Positions 31,657 to 41,118 of a stretch of DNA of 64,000 nucleotides are shown here, piece by piece. The notes below the pieces were generated by a model. That model was not told the origin of the DNA and made no database searches. It saw nothing but the letters and a program-made list of their open reading frames with translations. The number at the start of each line of letters is the position of its first letter. Within the stretch, counting starts at the first letter, position 1. The position numbers and the translations under genes are program-made. Source of the DNA: an uncultured bacterium (GTDB lineage: Bacteria; Macinerneyibacteriota; Macinerneyibacteria; Macinerneyibacteriales; CAYRFE01); NCBI GenBank assembly GCA_964423645.1, contig CAYRFE010000010.1, positions 21,264 through 85,263 of the forward strand. The letters are read 5' to 3'.

Positions 31657-32874
31657 ATGCCGCATCATAAAGGAACCGTCGGAATTCTTACCGGCGGAGG
31701 TGACACCTGCGCACTCAATAAAAGTATTGAAACTATTAAAGATATCGCCTATCTCTTAGATTACCGTGTGTACGGCATTTACGGCGGATGGAAAGGTTTA
31801 CAAGGCGACGGTTATGTAATAAACATTACCGAACAAGATGTCAACGGCAATATCGGCGGTTCGATCCTCGGGTCGTCACGCACCAATCCGTATAAAAAAG
31901 ACGCAACCGGTAACGACAATGTCGATGAAGTCCTGGCAAATATCAAACGATACGGTATTGATATTATTATCTCGATCGGTGGTGATGATACCAATAGTGT
32001 TTCTCAACGACTATATAAAGAACACGGAATAAAAGTGATCGGATTTCCCAAAACAATTGATAATGATTTACGTACTCGCACGATGCACACTTTAACTGAC
32101 GGCACAGAAATCGAAGCGTCCCTTTGCCCCGGCTTTCCCACCGCTGCCGATAAGATCATTCACATGACCGCCAATTTGCATACAACCGCGATGACACACA
32201 ATCGTATATTTGTCGTTGAGATAATGGGGCGCGATGCGGGATGGCTGCCTGCCACCTCCATTCTTGGCGGTGCGGATATGGTGTTAATCCCCGAGATCGA
32301 AATGACCAAAAGCCGTATTGAAGATTTCATGTCTTATGTTGAGGAAAAATATAAGGACCGTCAATCGCTTATTATCGGTGTATCTGAAGGAGTTCGTTGG
32401 TGGAATGATACGACGAATGCATGCGACTTGGTAAAAGCAAGCCAGGAGCTCGATTCGTTCGGACATCCGCGTCTGGGCGGTATCGCGGCGCATATAGCAA
32501 ATGAAATTAACAATCGCAAGATCGCTGATGCACGCTCGCAAGTGGCAGGATATGTCCCGCGTAGCGGCTACGCTTCGGAATACGACAAAATGCTCTCCAC
32601 GTCACTGGGACAAATGGTACTGAAAATGATACTAAAAGAACAGTATGGTCACATGCCGACCATGGCACGTGTAGTGAACTTCCGTCAGCTTGAAACCTAT
32701 AATGCACATACAATCCCGTTGGATGATATCGGCAATAAAGGATTTGATGCAAAGCATTACTATGACGCCGCGCGCTTTAATGTAAATGCAAATTTTAAAG
32801 ATTTCATAAAACGCATCGCGTTTCGCGAGCCGACATTGCCGAAAAAAATCGATTATACAAAAATAGTTCCGTAA
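31657..32874 (+). CDS. pfp: 6-phosphofructokinase, predicted pyrophosphate-dependent
   Basis: PFK fold with GGDDT (Asp replacing the Gly of GGDGS) and PKTIDND (Lys); these are the two residues known to correlate with PPi rather than ATP use. Confidence 0.9.
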   Translation: MPHHKGTVGILTGGGDTCALNKSIETIKDIAYLLDYRVYGIYGGWKGLQGDGYVINITEQDVNGNIGGSILGSSRTNPYKKDATGNDNVDEVLANIKRYGIDIIISIGGDDTNSVSQRLYKEHGIKVIGFPKTIDNDLRTRTMHTLTDGTEIEASLCPGFPTAADKIIHMTANLHTTAMTHNRIFVVEIMGRDAGWLPATSILGGADMVLIPEIEMTKSRIEDFMSYVEEKYKDRQSLIIGVSEGVRWWNDTTNACDLVKASQELDSFGHPRLGGIAAHIANEINNRKIADARSQVAGYVPRSGYASEYDKMLSTSLGQMVLKMILKEQYGHMPTMARVVNFRQLETYNAHTIPLDDIGNKGFDAKHYYDAARFNVNANFKDFIKRIAFREPTLPKKIDYTKIVP

Positions 32875-32878
32875 TGAA

Positions 32879-32905
32879 AAGGGTGCAAAACATTGCACCC
32901 CTTTT
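32879..32905. terminator. Hairpin between the convergent pfp and large-paralog genes
   Basis: AAAGGGTGCAAaacatTGCACCCTTT then ta. Confidence 0.5.
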
Positions 32906-32965
32906 ACAAGACTTATACCATCAGATTTACATTATTACTCTTACTTATATACGCTTACTCTTACA

Positions 32966-35524
32966 TCATTCGATACTCTCAATCACCAATTCTTGTATCC
33001 ACATCGGCATTTTCCCTTTTAGCTTTTTTAACTTGTCGGTTTTGGTTTCGACAGTTTCTCCTTCTTGCGGATATACCTGTTCGCGCCATGTTTCGTCAGT
33101 CAGTAATTCATTATGCATAAACTCATAATAACTGTATACATATCCCGCTCCGATTCGCTTTCCGCCATAAGGATCATTGAGCGCGACATATAGTTTCAAC
33201 GGTTTTCCTATCGCATTGAGTTGATAGGTATCTATTTTTGCTTCAGGATTTATCCACTTTGCAATATCGGTTACAAGCGCCATTCGCGGATCGTCAGTTC
33301 GTATACCAAGCTGCGCTGTTCCAATCAAATCAATCGTTTCCTGTAATGTTGATTTAACCTGTATAATTTTCTCCATTTCATTTACCAATGTATTGATGTA
33401 TTCATTTTCTTCAGCCGAAATTGGTTGCTGAAGAGCCTGTTTTTCTGCAATTATAGTGAGTGTATCAATGACTTTCGAATATCGTTCAAGCCCCACTTGT
33501 AGTTTCGCATCGAGCACTCCCACAATAGGAAACATTTCGTTGTAGCGGTTTAACAATATACGCATTCTGTAAAAAAATGGTAGATTAGGTTCAACATAAT
33601 TAATAACAGGATTTTTATATACATGAAATCCCATAGAACTGGCCAATTGTAAAGGGCGTCTGTATAACACGGTATCATGCATTCGTTGAGTCCACGCACT
33701 AAGCCCTGTCATGAGTGATTTTTTCTCCCAATTCTTACTCTGAGTGAAGTAAAAATCCGGACTGCTTCCAAATTCATACAACGTCGTTATGATGCCTAAA
33801 TAATTCATGTGAATATTCGATTGCCACTCGGATTCTGAATACCGACTACTAAGCGAGGTAAGTTGTGTATAATTACTCTCAAGCTGTGAAAAGGTTTTGA
33901 AATCCTTTTGGATCAACTCGCGACCAAAAGTATTCCCAAATACCGCAGACGTATCATACCCGTGCGGAATACGACGTTCATCGTGAGATTCTTCAAAAAC
34001 TGCGAGTTTTTCCAGTGCATATAAATCAAGATTATAGGTTTGCGGCACTATTTCAAAGAACTCTGCTCGCGAAATACCATCAGAAGAGTAATTACTTTTC
34101 AAGGATTCAATAAAGGCTGCTCTGACTTTGGCATCAAAGATAATATCTCTTCTGTTATCAATATTTTGAAGTAACTCATATGAATAAGCATTACTGTCTC
34201 CGAAAAAATTACGCATTGTAGCAATATACACACTGTATGTCTCCATCAAGTCGGTATTTCGCGAAAGAATCTCATAGAAAAGCACAAATAATGCTGCATC
34301 ATTAGGATACTTGTGTATATCCATCTCAAATCTTAAAGAACTTAACCAGGTAAATACTCGCCAATATTTTTGCAATTGTTCTGTTTCCCGATAATGTATA
34401 CGTGGAGAAAACCGCATGTACGCGATTTCTTTATCGATAATATCAGAGCTTTCAACCCCGGATTCACGTTTAATTTTTTGCAGTTCATTCCGGGCGTTTG
34501 TACTCATTGATTCTTCTTTCACTTGTTCACCGGATAACACAGCAGCAACAGTGAAAACATCATATAACGTATTAAAATAACGTTCATAAGCGGTATAATT
34601 CTTATTTTTTGAATAACTTTGTAAATCGTGATACATTCCACTTACAAATGAAAATAGAAGAGGGGCGAGTATTTTTCGCTCAACATCTATCTGTATCTTA
34701 TAATTCAAAGTACGGAATGTATGCATCAGCCAATCGGTCGTTACAAATATCGACACGGTGCTCCCTTTAGGCTCTACAATATCATAAAGACTTTTATATG
34801 CTTGAATCATATCATCATTATCTTTATATACCTCAAAATTTTCATCCACAATAGCAAATTTGTCACGAATGAGCCGTTGCTGCACGTCGTCAGGAATTCT
34901 TTTAAAACCAACATACGGCAAGAATGCTTTCGGACGATTTTTGTTTTTTGTATAATATTTATCCAATCCGGACTCATCCATCTTCAAAAACGTTACTTTT
35001 TCAGAGTTATACTTACTATTTGATTTAATTATGGTTTTTTTTACATCTACTATTTGATGTTTACCAATACTATTCAATGCCTTAACAATACGTTGAAGCT
35101 TTTCAGGCGAAACATAAGTCATCTCATCAATTAAATCTGTATTACTACCTTTTTTTTCATCCGAGCAAATAGTAGTCCATTGACTTTGAAGAGAATCAAA
35201 CATAGTTTCTGACATATTCGGATGTTTGTTGACTAATTTCTGGAGCCAAAATTTCGCCTGAATGTAATCTTTGTATTCTGCTTGATAAATATGGGAGAGC
35301 ATGCTCATTGCATTATAATAACCATAGGACATTTCAGCAATCTTTTTATAAATTTCAATTGCTTTATCAAATTCTTTATTATTGTAATAAATATATGCGA
35401 CTTGCTCTAAAGCGTCCTTATCCCCCTCATGCGCTTTTTTCTGTAAATCTGCAGGGATATCAATAGCACCGCATAGCGACTTCACAACACACACAAAAAA
35501 TATTATTAAAAGCACACGTTTCAT
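32966..35524 (-). CDS. Large secreted protein (852 aa): N-terminal Sel1/TPR-like region plus conserved C-terminal domain of unknown function
   Basis: Signal peptide; collinear paralog of 35634-38258; the C-terminal 84 aa are identical. Confidence 0.8.
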   Translation of the reverse strand: MKRVLLIIFFVCVVKSLCGAIDIPADLQKKAHEGDKDALEQVAYIYYNNKEFDKAIEIYKKIAEMSYGYYNAMSMLSHIYQAEYKDYIQAKFWLQKLVNKHPNMSETMFDSLQSQWTTICSDEKKGSNTDLIDEMTYVSPEKLQRIVKALNSIGKHQIVDVKKTIIKSNSKYNSEKVTFLKMDESGLDKYYTKNKNRPKAFLPYVGFKRIPDDVQQRLIRDKFAIVDENFEVYKDNDDMIQAYKSLYDIVEPKGSTVSIFVTTDWLMHTFRTLNYKIQIDVERKILAPLLFSFVSGMYHDLQSYSKNKNYTAYERYFNTLYDVFTVAAVLSGEQVKEESMSTNARNELQKIKRESGVESSDIIDKEIAYMRFSPRIHYRETEQLQKYWRVFTWLSSLRFEMDIHKYPNDAALFVLFYEILSRNTDLMETYSVYIATMRNFFGDSNAYSYELLQNIDNRRDIIFDAKVRAAFIESLKSNYSSDGISRAEFFEIVPQTYNLDLYALEKLAVFEESHDERRIPHGYDTSAVFGNTFGRELIQKDFKTFSQLESNYTQLTSLSSRYSESEWQSNIHMNYLGIITTLYEFGSSPDFYFTQSKNWEKKSLMTGLSAWTQRMHDTVLYRRPLQLASSMGFHVYKNPVINYVEPNLPFFYRMRILLNRYNEMFPIVGVLDAKLQVGLERYSKVIDTLTIIAEKQALQQPISAEENEYINTLVNEMEKIIQVKSTLQETIDLIGTAQLGIRTDDPRMALVTDIAKWINPEAKIDTYQLNAIGKPLKLYVALNDPYGGKRIGAGYVYSYYEFMHNELLTDETWREQVYPQEGETVETKTDKLKKLKGKMPMWIQELVIESIE
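33042..33295. repeat. 254-bp block identical to 35731-35984 (3' ends of the tandem paralogs)
   Basis: Base-by-base identical, against roughly 50-60% identity across the rest of the genes. Confidence 0.85.
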
Positions 35525-35633
35525 ATGCTATACCTCCATATGCTTTGAATTAATGGGTACCCATTCTATCCAATGTCTTGGTTATCACCTTTTCTTTTGC
35601 GAATACTTTTTAATCACCATTTTCAATCACCAT

Positions 35634-38258
35634 CTATTGCGGCCAAATAGGCATTTTCTCTTTTCCTTCAATCACCAATTCTTGCACCCACATCGGCATT
35701 TTCCCTTTTAGTTGTTTTGACTTGTCGGTCTTGGTTTCGACAGTTTCTCCTTCTTGCGGATATACCTGTTCGCGCCATGTTTCGTCAGTCAGTAATTCAT
35801 TATGCATAAACTCATAATAACTGTATACATATCCCGCTCCGATTCGCTTTCCGCCATAAGGATCATTGAGCGCGACATATAGTTTCAACGGTTTTCCTAT
35901 CGCATTGAGTTGATAGGTATCTATTTTTGCTTCAGGATTTATCCACTTTGCAATATCGGTTACAAGCGCCATTCGCGGATCGTCGGTGCGTATAGCCAAC
36001 TTTTCGGTGGCATATAGATCAATAACTTCCTGAAGAGAAGACTTTGCTTCAACAATTTGTTCCATTTCATACACCAACGAATTTATATACTCATTTTCTT
36101 CAGAGCTTATAGGTTGATTCAATGCCTCTTTATCTACAATCACTGATAAAATATCAATGACAGCCACATAGCGATTTAAGGCTTCCCGAAGCTTCTCATC
36201 GACGATGTCATGGGTGGATATAAAATCGGTATAACTTGCTAGAATTTGCTTCATGCGGTAAAAAAACATCAGATTTGGCTCTACATAATTAATAATAGGA
36301 TGCTTTGTTAATTCAAATGCTTGTCCCCAAGCTGTTGCAAAAGGTTCTCTGTACAAAACGGAATCATGCATACGCTGTGTCCATGCGCTTAAACCGGTCA
36401 TTAATGCTTTTTTCTCCCAATTCTTACTCCGGGTGAAATAAAAATTATCGTTGCTACCGAACGAATACAACTCCTTAAGCAACGAAAGATAGCGCATATG
36501 CAAATTCGATTGCCACTCGACTTCCGAATATCGACCGGCAAGTGTTGTTACTTTTGTATATTCGCCTTCAAGTAATGAAAAGTCCTTAAAGTCTTTTTGA
36601 ATCAATTCATTGCCAAAGGCATTGCCGAATATTGCGGCAGTATCATACCCGTGAGAAATACGATATTCCCGGCGAGATTCTTCCTTAACGCCAAATCGTT
36701 CGATCGCATACAGATCGATATTGTTGGTTTGAGGTAGTATTTCAAAGTACTCTGCAGCAGGCAACAACGGAGCATTTGCGCTTTTGGGCAATGCAGCAAT
36801 AAAATCAGCACGCGTATTCGCATCCGAAATGATGGCGTTCAAATCGGTGATTTTTTCAAGCGTTTGAAAAGAATATGCATCGCTGTTGCCGAAAAACAGC
36901 TGCACTGTTTTACAATACGCCGTGTACAGTTCTGTTGATTCCTTATTGCGGGACAGCACGGTATACAGCAATGCAAATTGCTGTATATCATCCGGATATT
37001 TATTCATATCAATGCTAAACCGTAAGCTGCTCAACCATGTAAAAACACGCCAATATGTGCTCAGTTGCTCTGTTTCTCTATAATGGATTCGCGGGATAAA
37101 TCGTGTATAATCTATTATTTTTCCCGTTACATAGGATTGACGATAGCTTTCTTTTCCGTCCCGAATGAGCGCGAGCTCTTTCTTCGCGTTTTGCGACAAA
37201 TTCTTTTCTGCCGAAGCATCTCCGCTCAATACTGCGGCAATCGAAAAGATGTCATACAGCACATTTGTATGGTCTTTAAACTGCAATCCCTCTTCCGTCG
37301 TGCGATACTCATCGATCTCCTTATACATTTTTCCCGTAAAAGAGATGAGCAAAGGAGCCAATGCTTTGCGCTCTACATCAACTTGAATCTTATAGTTTAT
37401 TGTTCGAAATGTATGCATCAGCCAATCGGTTGTCACAAATATTGACACAATACTCCCTTTAGGATCCCAACGTGGACATAAAGTTTTATACGCTTGAATC
37501 ATATCATCTTTTTTTTCAAACATATCAATGTCTTCATCAACAATAGCGAATCTGTCACGAATGAGACGTTGTTGCACATCATCAGGGATACGCTCAAGCC
37601 CGACATACGGTAAGAATACTTTAGGATGATTTTTATTGTTCTTATAATAGTCCTTCACCTGTGAGTCATCAATCTTCGCAAATACGACTTTTTCATTGTT
37701 TAACTTTTTATTCGGTTTATACACGGGTTGTTTAAGCGGATAAATCCGGGTTTCCTTTGTGTCATTCAATTCTGCACTCAGATGACGAATTTGCTCCGGA
37801 GTAACACTTGTGAGCGCGTTGATTATCTCGGTAGTGTTTATCCCTTTTTCATCTTTACGTATATCATTCCAAATTCCTGAGATTTCCTCATAAATAAAAT
37901 CCGGCAAGTTATTAGGATGTTTATTTACTAGTTTTTGGAGCCAATATTTAGCCTTAATGTAATTTTTGTATTCTATATGATTAATACGAGCAAGCATGAG
38001 CATAGCCATAAAAGAACCGTCCTGTAAGTCTGCGACCTTCTCATATACTTTAACAGCCTTATCGATTTCTTTGTTATTATAATATAGGTGTCCTATTTGT
38101 ATTAACGCTTGCCGATCCCCTTCATTTGCTTTTTTCTGCAATTCTGCAGGGATATCAACAGCGCTGCAAAACAGGTTTAAACACATGTAACAAAAAACCA
38201 TCATTATACAAACACTGCATTTCATACCCTCATCCTCCACTTTGATATCTATACTCAA
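35634..38258 (-). CDS. Large secreted protein (874 aa), tandem paralog of 32966-35524
   Basis: Shared blocks (RIPDDVQQRLIRD, VTTDWLMHTFR, IHYRETEQL, WRVFTWLSSLRF, identical C-terminus). Confidence 0.8.
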   Translation of the reverse strand: MSIDIKVEDEGMKCSVCIMMVFCYMCLNLFCSAVDIPAELQKKANEGDRQALIQIGHLYYNNKEIDKAVKVYEKVADLQDGSFMAMLMLARINHIEYKNYIKAKYWLQKLVNKHPNNLPDFIYEEISGIWNDIRKDEKGINTTEIINALTSVTPEQIRHLSAELNDTKETRIYPLKQPVYKPNKKLNNEKVVFAKIDDSQVKDYYKNNKNHPKVFLPYVGLERIPDDVQQRLIRDRFAIVDEDIDMFEKKDDMIQAYKTLCPRWDPKGSIVSIFVTTDWLMHTFRTINYKIQVDVERKALAPLLISFTGKMYKEIDEYRTTEEGLQFKDHTNVLYDIFSIAAVLSGDASAEKNLSQNAKKELALIRDGKESYRQSYVTGKIIDYTRFIPRIHYRETEQLSTYWRVFTWLSSLRFSIDMNKYPDDIQQFALLYTVLSRNKESTELYTAYCKTVQLFFGNSDAYSFQTLEKITDLNAIISDANTRADFIAALPKSANAPLLPAAEYFEILPQTNNIDLYAIERFGVKEESRREYRISHGYDTAAIFGNAFGNELIQKDFKDFSLLEGEYTKVTTLAGRYSEVEWQSNLHMRYLSLLKELYSFGSNDNFYFTRSKNWEKKALMTGLSAWTQRMHDSVLYREPFATAWGQAFELTKHPIINYVEPNLMFFYRMKQILASYTDFISTHDIVDEKLREALNRYVAVIDILSVIVDKEALNQPISSEENEYINSLVYEMEQIVEAKSSLQEVIDLYATEKLAIRTDDPRMALVTDIAKWINPEAKIDTYQLNAIGKPLKLYVALNDPYGGKRIGAGYVYSYYEFMHNELLTDETWREQVYPQEGETVETKTDKSKQLKGKMPMWVQELVIEGKEKMPIWPQ

Positions 38259-38461
38259 ACGATACTACCAGTTCAACTTTTCGATGTCAATTATATTGTT
38301 TTTGCGTACTATTTACGTTCAGATAGTAGCGTTGTCAAAAACACATGCAACGCATAAATACTGCAAAATCGGTACAGTTTGACCAAATAGTTTGTTGCAA
38401 ATATTTTTTTTTCTTACATTTCCCTTGAGAAATTCACCACAGCGATATACAATTAGAGCAT

Positions 38462-39289
38462 ATGATGCAATATATTGTTCAAAACAACTCCACCCTTGTA
38501 GATTTTATCGTTGAGATGTGTACGGTGAGTCGTTCACAAGCAAAACGTATGATTGACATGAGAACAATATTCGTCAACGATCGTCGCGTGTGGATTGCGG
38601 GATATGAACTCAAAGTCGGTGACGTTGTTGAATTACCTGAAGACACTTCGCTAGCACGCGGGCTCCCCGGCATACCGATCCTTTATGAAAACGAACACAT
38701 TATCGTGGTCAATAAACCGGCAGGAATCGTCTCGGATGATGCCAAAAATTCCGTTGAATCCATTCTCAGAACTATTTATGGTGAATCAGTGCAAGCGATC
38801 CACCGGCTTGATAAAGAAACCACCGGAGCGTTATTATTTGCACGCACACCGGAAATATTTGAAAAATATAAAACCTGGTGGAAAGAAGGACGTACCGTGA
38901 AATTGTATGCCGCCTTATGCCTGCACACGGCACGTTTCAAAGAACGTACCGTAACAACACGTGTGGACAATAAACCCGCCCGGTCGATCATTTATGTGCG
39001 TGCAGTATCAGAAAATGCTTCATATGTTGAAATAAATGCAGTTACCGGGCGTAAGCATCAACTACGAATTCATTGTGCATCTATCGGAATACCCATTGCG
39101 GGAGATAAATTTTATACGCTTGAAACACTGGCTGATACGATCGTCAAGTTAATTCCCCGTCAGATGCTTCATTGTATACAGTTAACCGTTCCGCGACCTG
39201 ATGGAGACGGGGAGATCACATTCACAGCGCCGATACCTTCAGATTTCATAAAAACCGCACGAAAACTCGGAATTTCGATTCATATTTGA
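38462..39289 (+). CDS. RluA-family pseudouridine synthase
   Basis: HRLDKETTGALLFAR catalytic-Asp motif. Confidence 0.85.
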   Translation: MMQYIVQNNSTLVDFIVEMCTVSRSQAKRMIDMRTIFVNDRRVWIAGYELKVGDVVELPEDTSLARGLPGIPILYENEHIIVVNKPAGIVSDDAKNSVESILRTIYGESVQAIHRLDKETTGALLFARTPEIFEKYKTWWKEGRTVKLYAALCLHTARFKERTVTTRVDNKPARSIIYVRAVSENASYVEINAVTGRKHQLRIHCASIGIPIAGDKFYTLETLADTIVKLIPRQMLHCIQLTVPRPDGDGEITFTAPIPSDFIKTARKLGISIHI

Positions 39290-39315
39290 TCCGCTTTAAA
39301 GACAGCAATACGATA

Positions 39316-39457
39316 CCTTCGCAAAATTCATCATTTCAAAAATTTCTTTATTTTCTTAAAAGGGGTGGGGGGACAAAGTCCCCACTATATAACAAGTTAA
39401 ACCCCTCCCTATTTTCATGGGAGGGGTTTGGGGTGGGCACAATTCGAGACCTTTGCA
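39316..39457 (+). repeat. Repeat family A copy 5 (first of a tandem pair)
   Basis: Hairpin 1 GGGGACAAAGTCCCC at 39369-39383; hairpin 2 CCCCTCCCtattttcatGGGAGGGG at 39402-39426. Confidence 0.8.
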
Positions 39458-39610
39458 AAATTCATCATTTCCAAAATTTCTTTATTTTCTTAAAAGGGGT
39501 GTGGGGACGAAGTCCCCACTATATAACAATTTAAGCCCCTCCCGATTTTTACGGGAGGGGTTTGGGGTGGGCACAATTCATAAAAATAATAGTATTTTTG
39601 CAAAGCTCTC
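39458..39610 (+). repeat. Repeat family A copy 6 (second tandem unit, closest to a consensus)
   Basis: Hairpin 1 GGGGACGAAGTCCCC at 39504-39518; hairpin 2 CCCCTCCCgatttttaCGGGAGGGG at 39537-39561; tail ttcataaaaataatagtatttttgcaaagctctc. Confidence 0.8.
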
Positions 39611-39616
39611 AAATAT

Positions 39617-40174
39617 TTATTTCAAAAGGTGCGTAAATTCATTTACTTTCACATAAAACTGTTCAAACAAGGTAATATACGGCGTTACATCACCGTGCGA
39701 TCGAAAAGCATCACGCAACGAAGTAAAATACCACAGTTGTTCATTATACCCTCTTTTGAAACGACTCCAGACTTCATCGCCTAAGCGCGCATGTTCATCG
39801 ATTAACGAGGATATATTATCAAGTTTATCGGCACATTCGACCACTCGGACAGTAAGTGATTGTGTCGATATTTTATCAATAGTGTGTCGCTTCCGCGCTT
39901 CCCATGAAAGTGACTTATCACATTCCGAACACTGCCTCACGATATCTGCAATCTCATTTCCGAATTCAACACCCAGTTGTTCATAAGTTAGATCAGTATC
40001 TTCAAGTGTATCATGCAACAAACCGGCAGCAACAATAATATCTCCTGCTCCCGCTCGAGTTAATCGCATGGCAACGCTGACCGGATGGACCAAATACGGC
40101 ACATCCATACCTTTACGACGTTGTCCGTCGTGCGCCATGGCGGCAAAAAATAGGGCTTTTTCGACAATTGTCAT
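39617..40174 (-). CDS. Small HD-domain alarmone ((p)ppGpp) hydrolase-like protein (SAH/Mesh1-type)
   Basis: 185 aa; HD motif context LVHPVSVAMRL...AAGLLHDTLEDT resembles the RelA/SpoT hydrolase domain. Confidence 0.7.
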   Translation of the reverse strand: MTIVEKALFFAAMAHDGQRRKGMDVPYLVHPVSVAMRLTRAGAGDIIVAAGLLHDTLEDTDLTYEQLGVEFGNEIADIVRQCSECDKSLSWEARKRHTIDKISTQSLTVRVVECADKLDNISSLIDEHARLGDEVWSRFKRGYNEQLWYFTSLRDAFRSHGDVTPYITLFEQFYVKVNEFTHLLK

Positions 40175-40185
40175 CTATTCAACAC

Positions 40186-41118
40186 TCATTTATCAATGAT
40201 AACTAAATTATTCATACGTGAAGATTCATAAATCGATTCTTCCAGAAGTTCCAATATATCGTCAATCGTTTTCATTTTCCGCACATACACCAAACCTTTG
40301 TCAAAACGAGCGGTAATTTCTTTGTCATGTAAAAACTTGCTCATTTCTTTTTCTATTCTATTGATAACGTCGATGATGGTCACCTCTTCAGGATTTTCCA
40401 AAATGACCATTAAACCGGTTCCTCCATGTAATGATATCGTATCAATGGCGCGAATATGTTTCTTTATTGTTTTGGCTAATCCTGCAACAGCAAGATCCAT
40501 CGTTGCCGACCCGTAACGTTTTTTCAATTCGATAAACTCATGATAGCGAGTATAAAAAACTGCAAAACATTGCTTGTGGCGACGTAACCGCTCAAGCACT
40601 TCCTGTAATTTGATATAGAAATAACTGGCACTGTATGCACCCGTTTCCTCATCATATACTGCCATATTATGTACCATCTCATCAAGGCTCATCGTTTTTA
40701 AAATAAATGCGGCAAGCATACTGATATTCTCGAAGAGCGTAAGGTCATCATCATGGAATTCACGTTCAGATGCCATTATTGAGAGACCAACAGTGACGTT
40801 TTTAACGGTCAATGGAAACAGATATACCGAACCGGGATTATTTTCCAACGGGTATTCGCTTCCTGCTCGCACACCTTCATGCGATTCAAAAGCTTTCGCG
40901 ATGCATTCATCAGTCAATGTCAACGTATTACTATTGATAAATGCCGCACTTACTCCACGTGCCATTTTTACACGGAAACGATCATGACTGAACACATATA
41001 ACACACATTGCTTTAAATGCAACTCTTTCATAAGCGCAGTCATCAGATTTGATAAAATTTCTTCATACGTTGACGCATGCGACACGTTTTTTAAAAATGC
41101 ATTATGTTTTTTTTGCAT
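40186..41118 (-). CDS. GAF-like domain plus degenerate GGDEF-like domain protein (predicted catalytically inactive)
   Basis: RYHEF where GG(D/E)EF is expected; start reassigned to Met 29 (41118), which has the RBS aaggagagggcATG. Confidence 0.6.
   Translation of the reverse strand: MQKKHNAFLKNVSHASTYEEILSNLMTALMKELHLKQCVLYVFSHDRFRVKMARGVSAAFINSNTLTLTDECIAKAFESHEGVRAGSEYPLENNPGSVYLFPLTVKNVTVGLSIMASEREFHDDDLTLFENISMLAAFILKTMSLDEMVHNMAVYDEETGAYSASYFYIKLQEVLERLRRHKQCFAVFYTRYHEFIELKKRYGSATMDLAVAGLAKTIKKHIRAIDTISLHGGTGLMVILENPEEVTIIDVINRIEKEMSKFLHDKEITARFDKGLVYVRKMKTIDDILELLEESIYESSRMNNLVIIDK

Noticed and set aside
39286-39656. ORFs 39286-39534 (+) and 39417-39656 (+) from the six-frame track
   Set aside because: They lie entirely within the tandem family-A repeat copies. 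Their two translations are near-identical because the DNA is a tandem duplication. There is no RBS or coding signal. They are repeat DNA, not genes.
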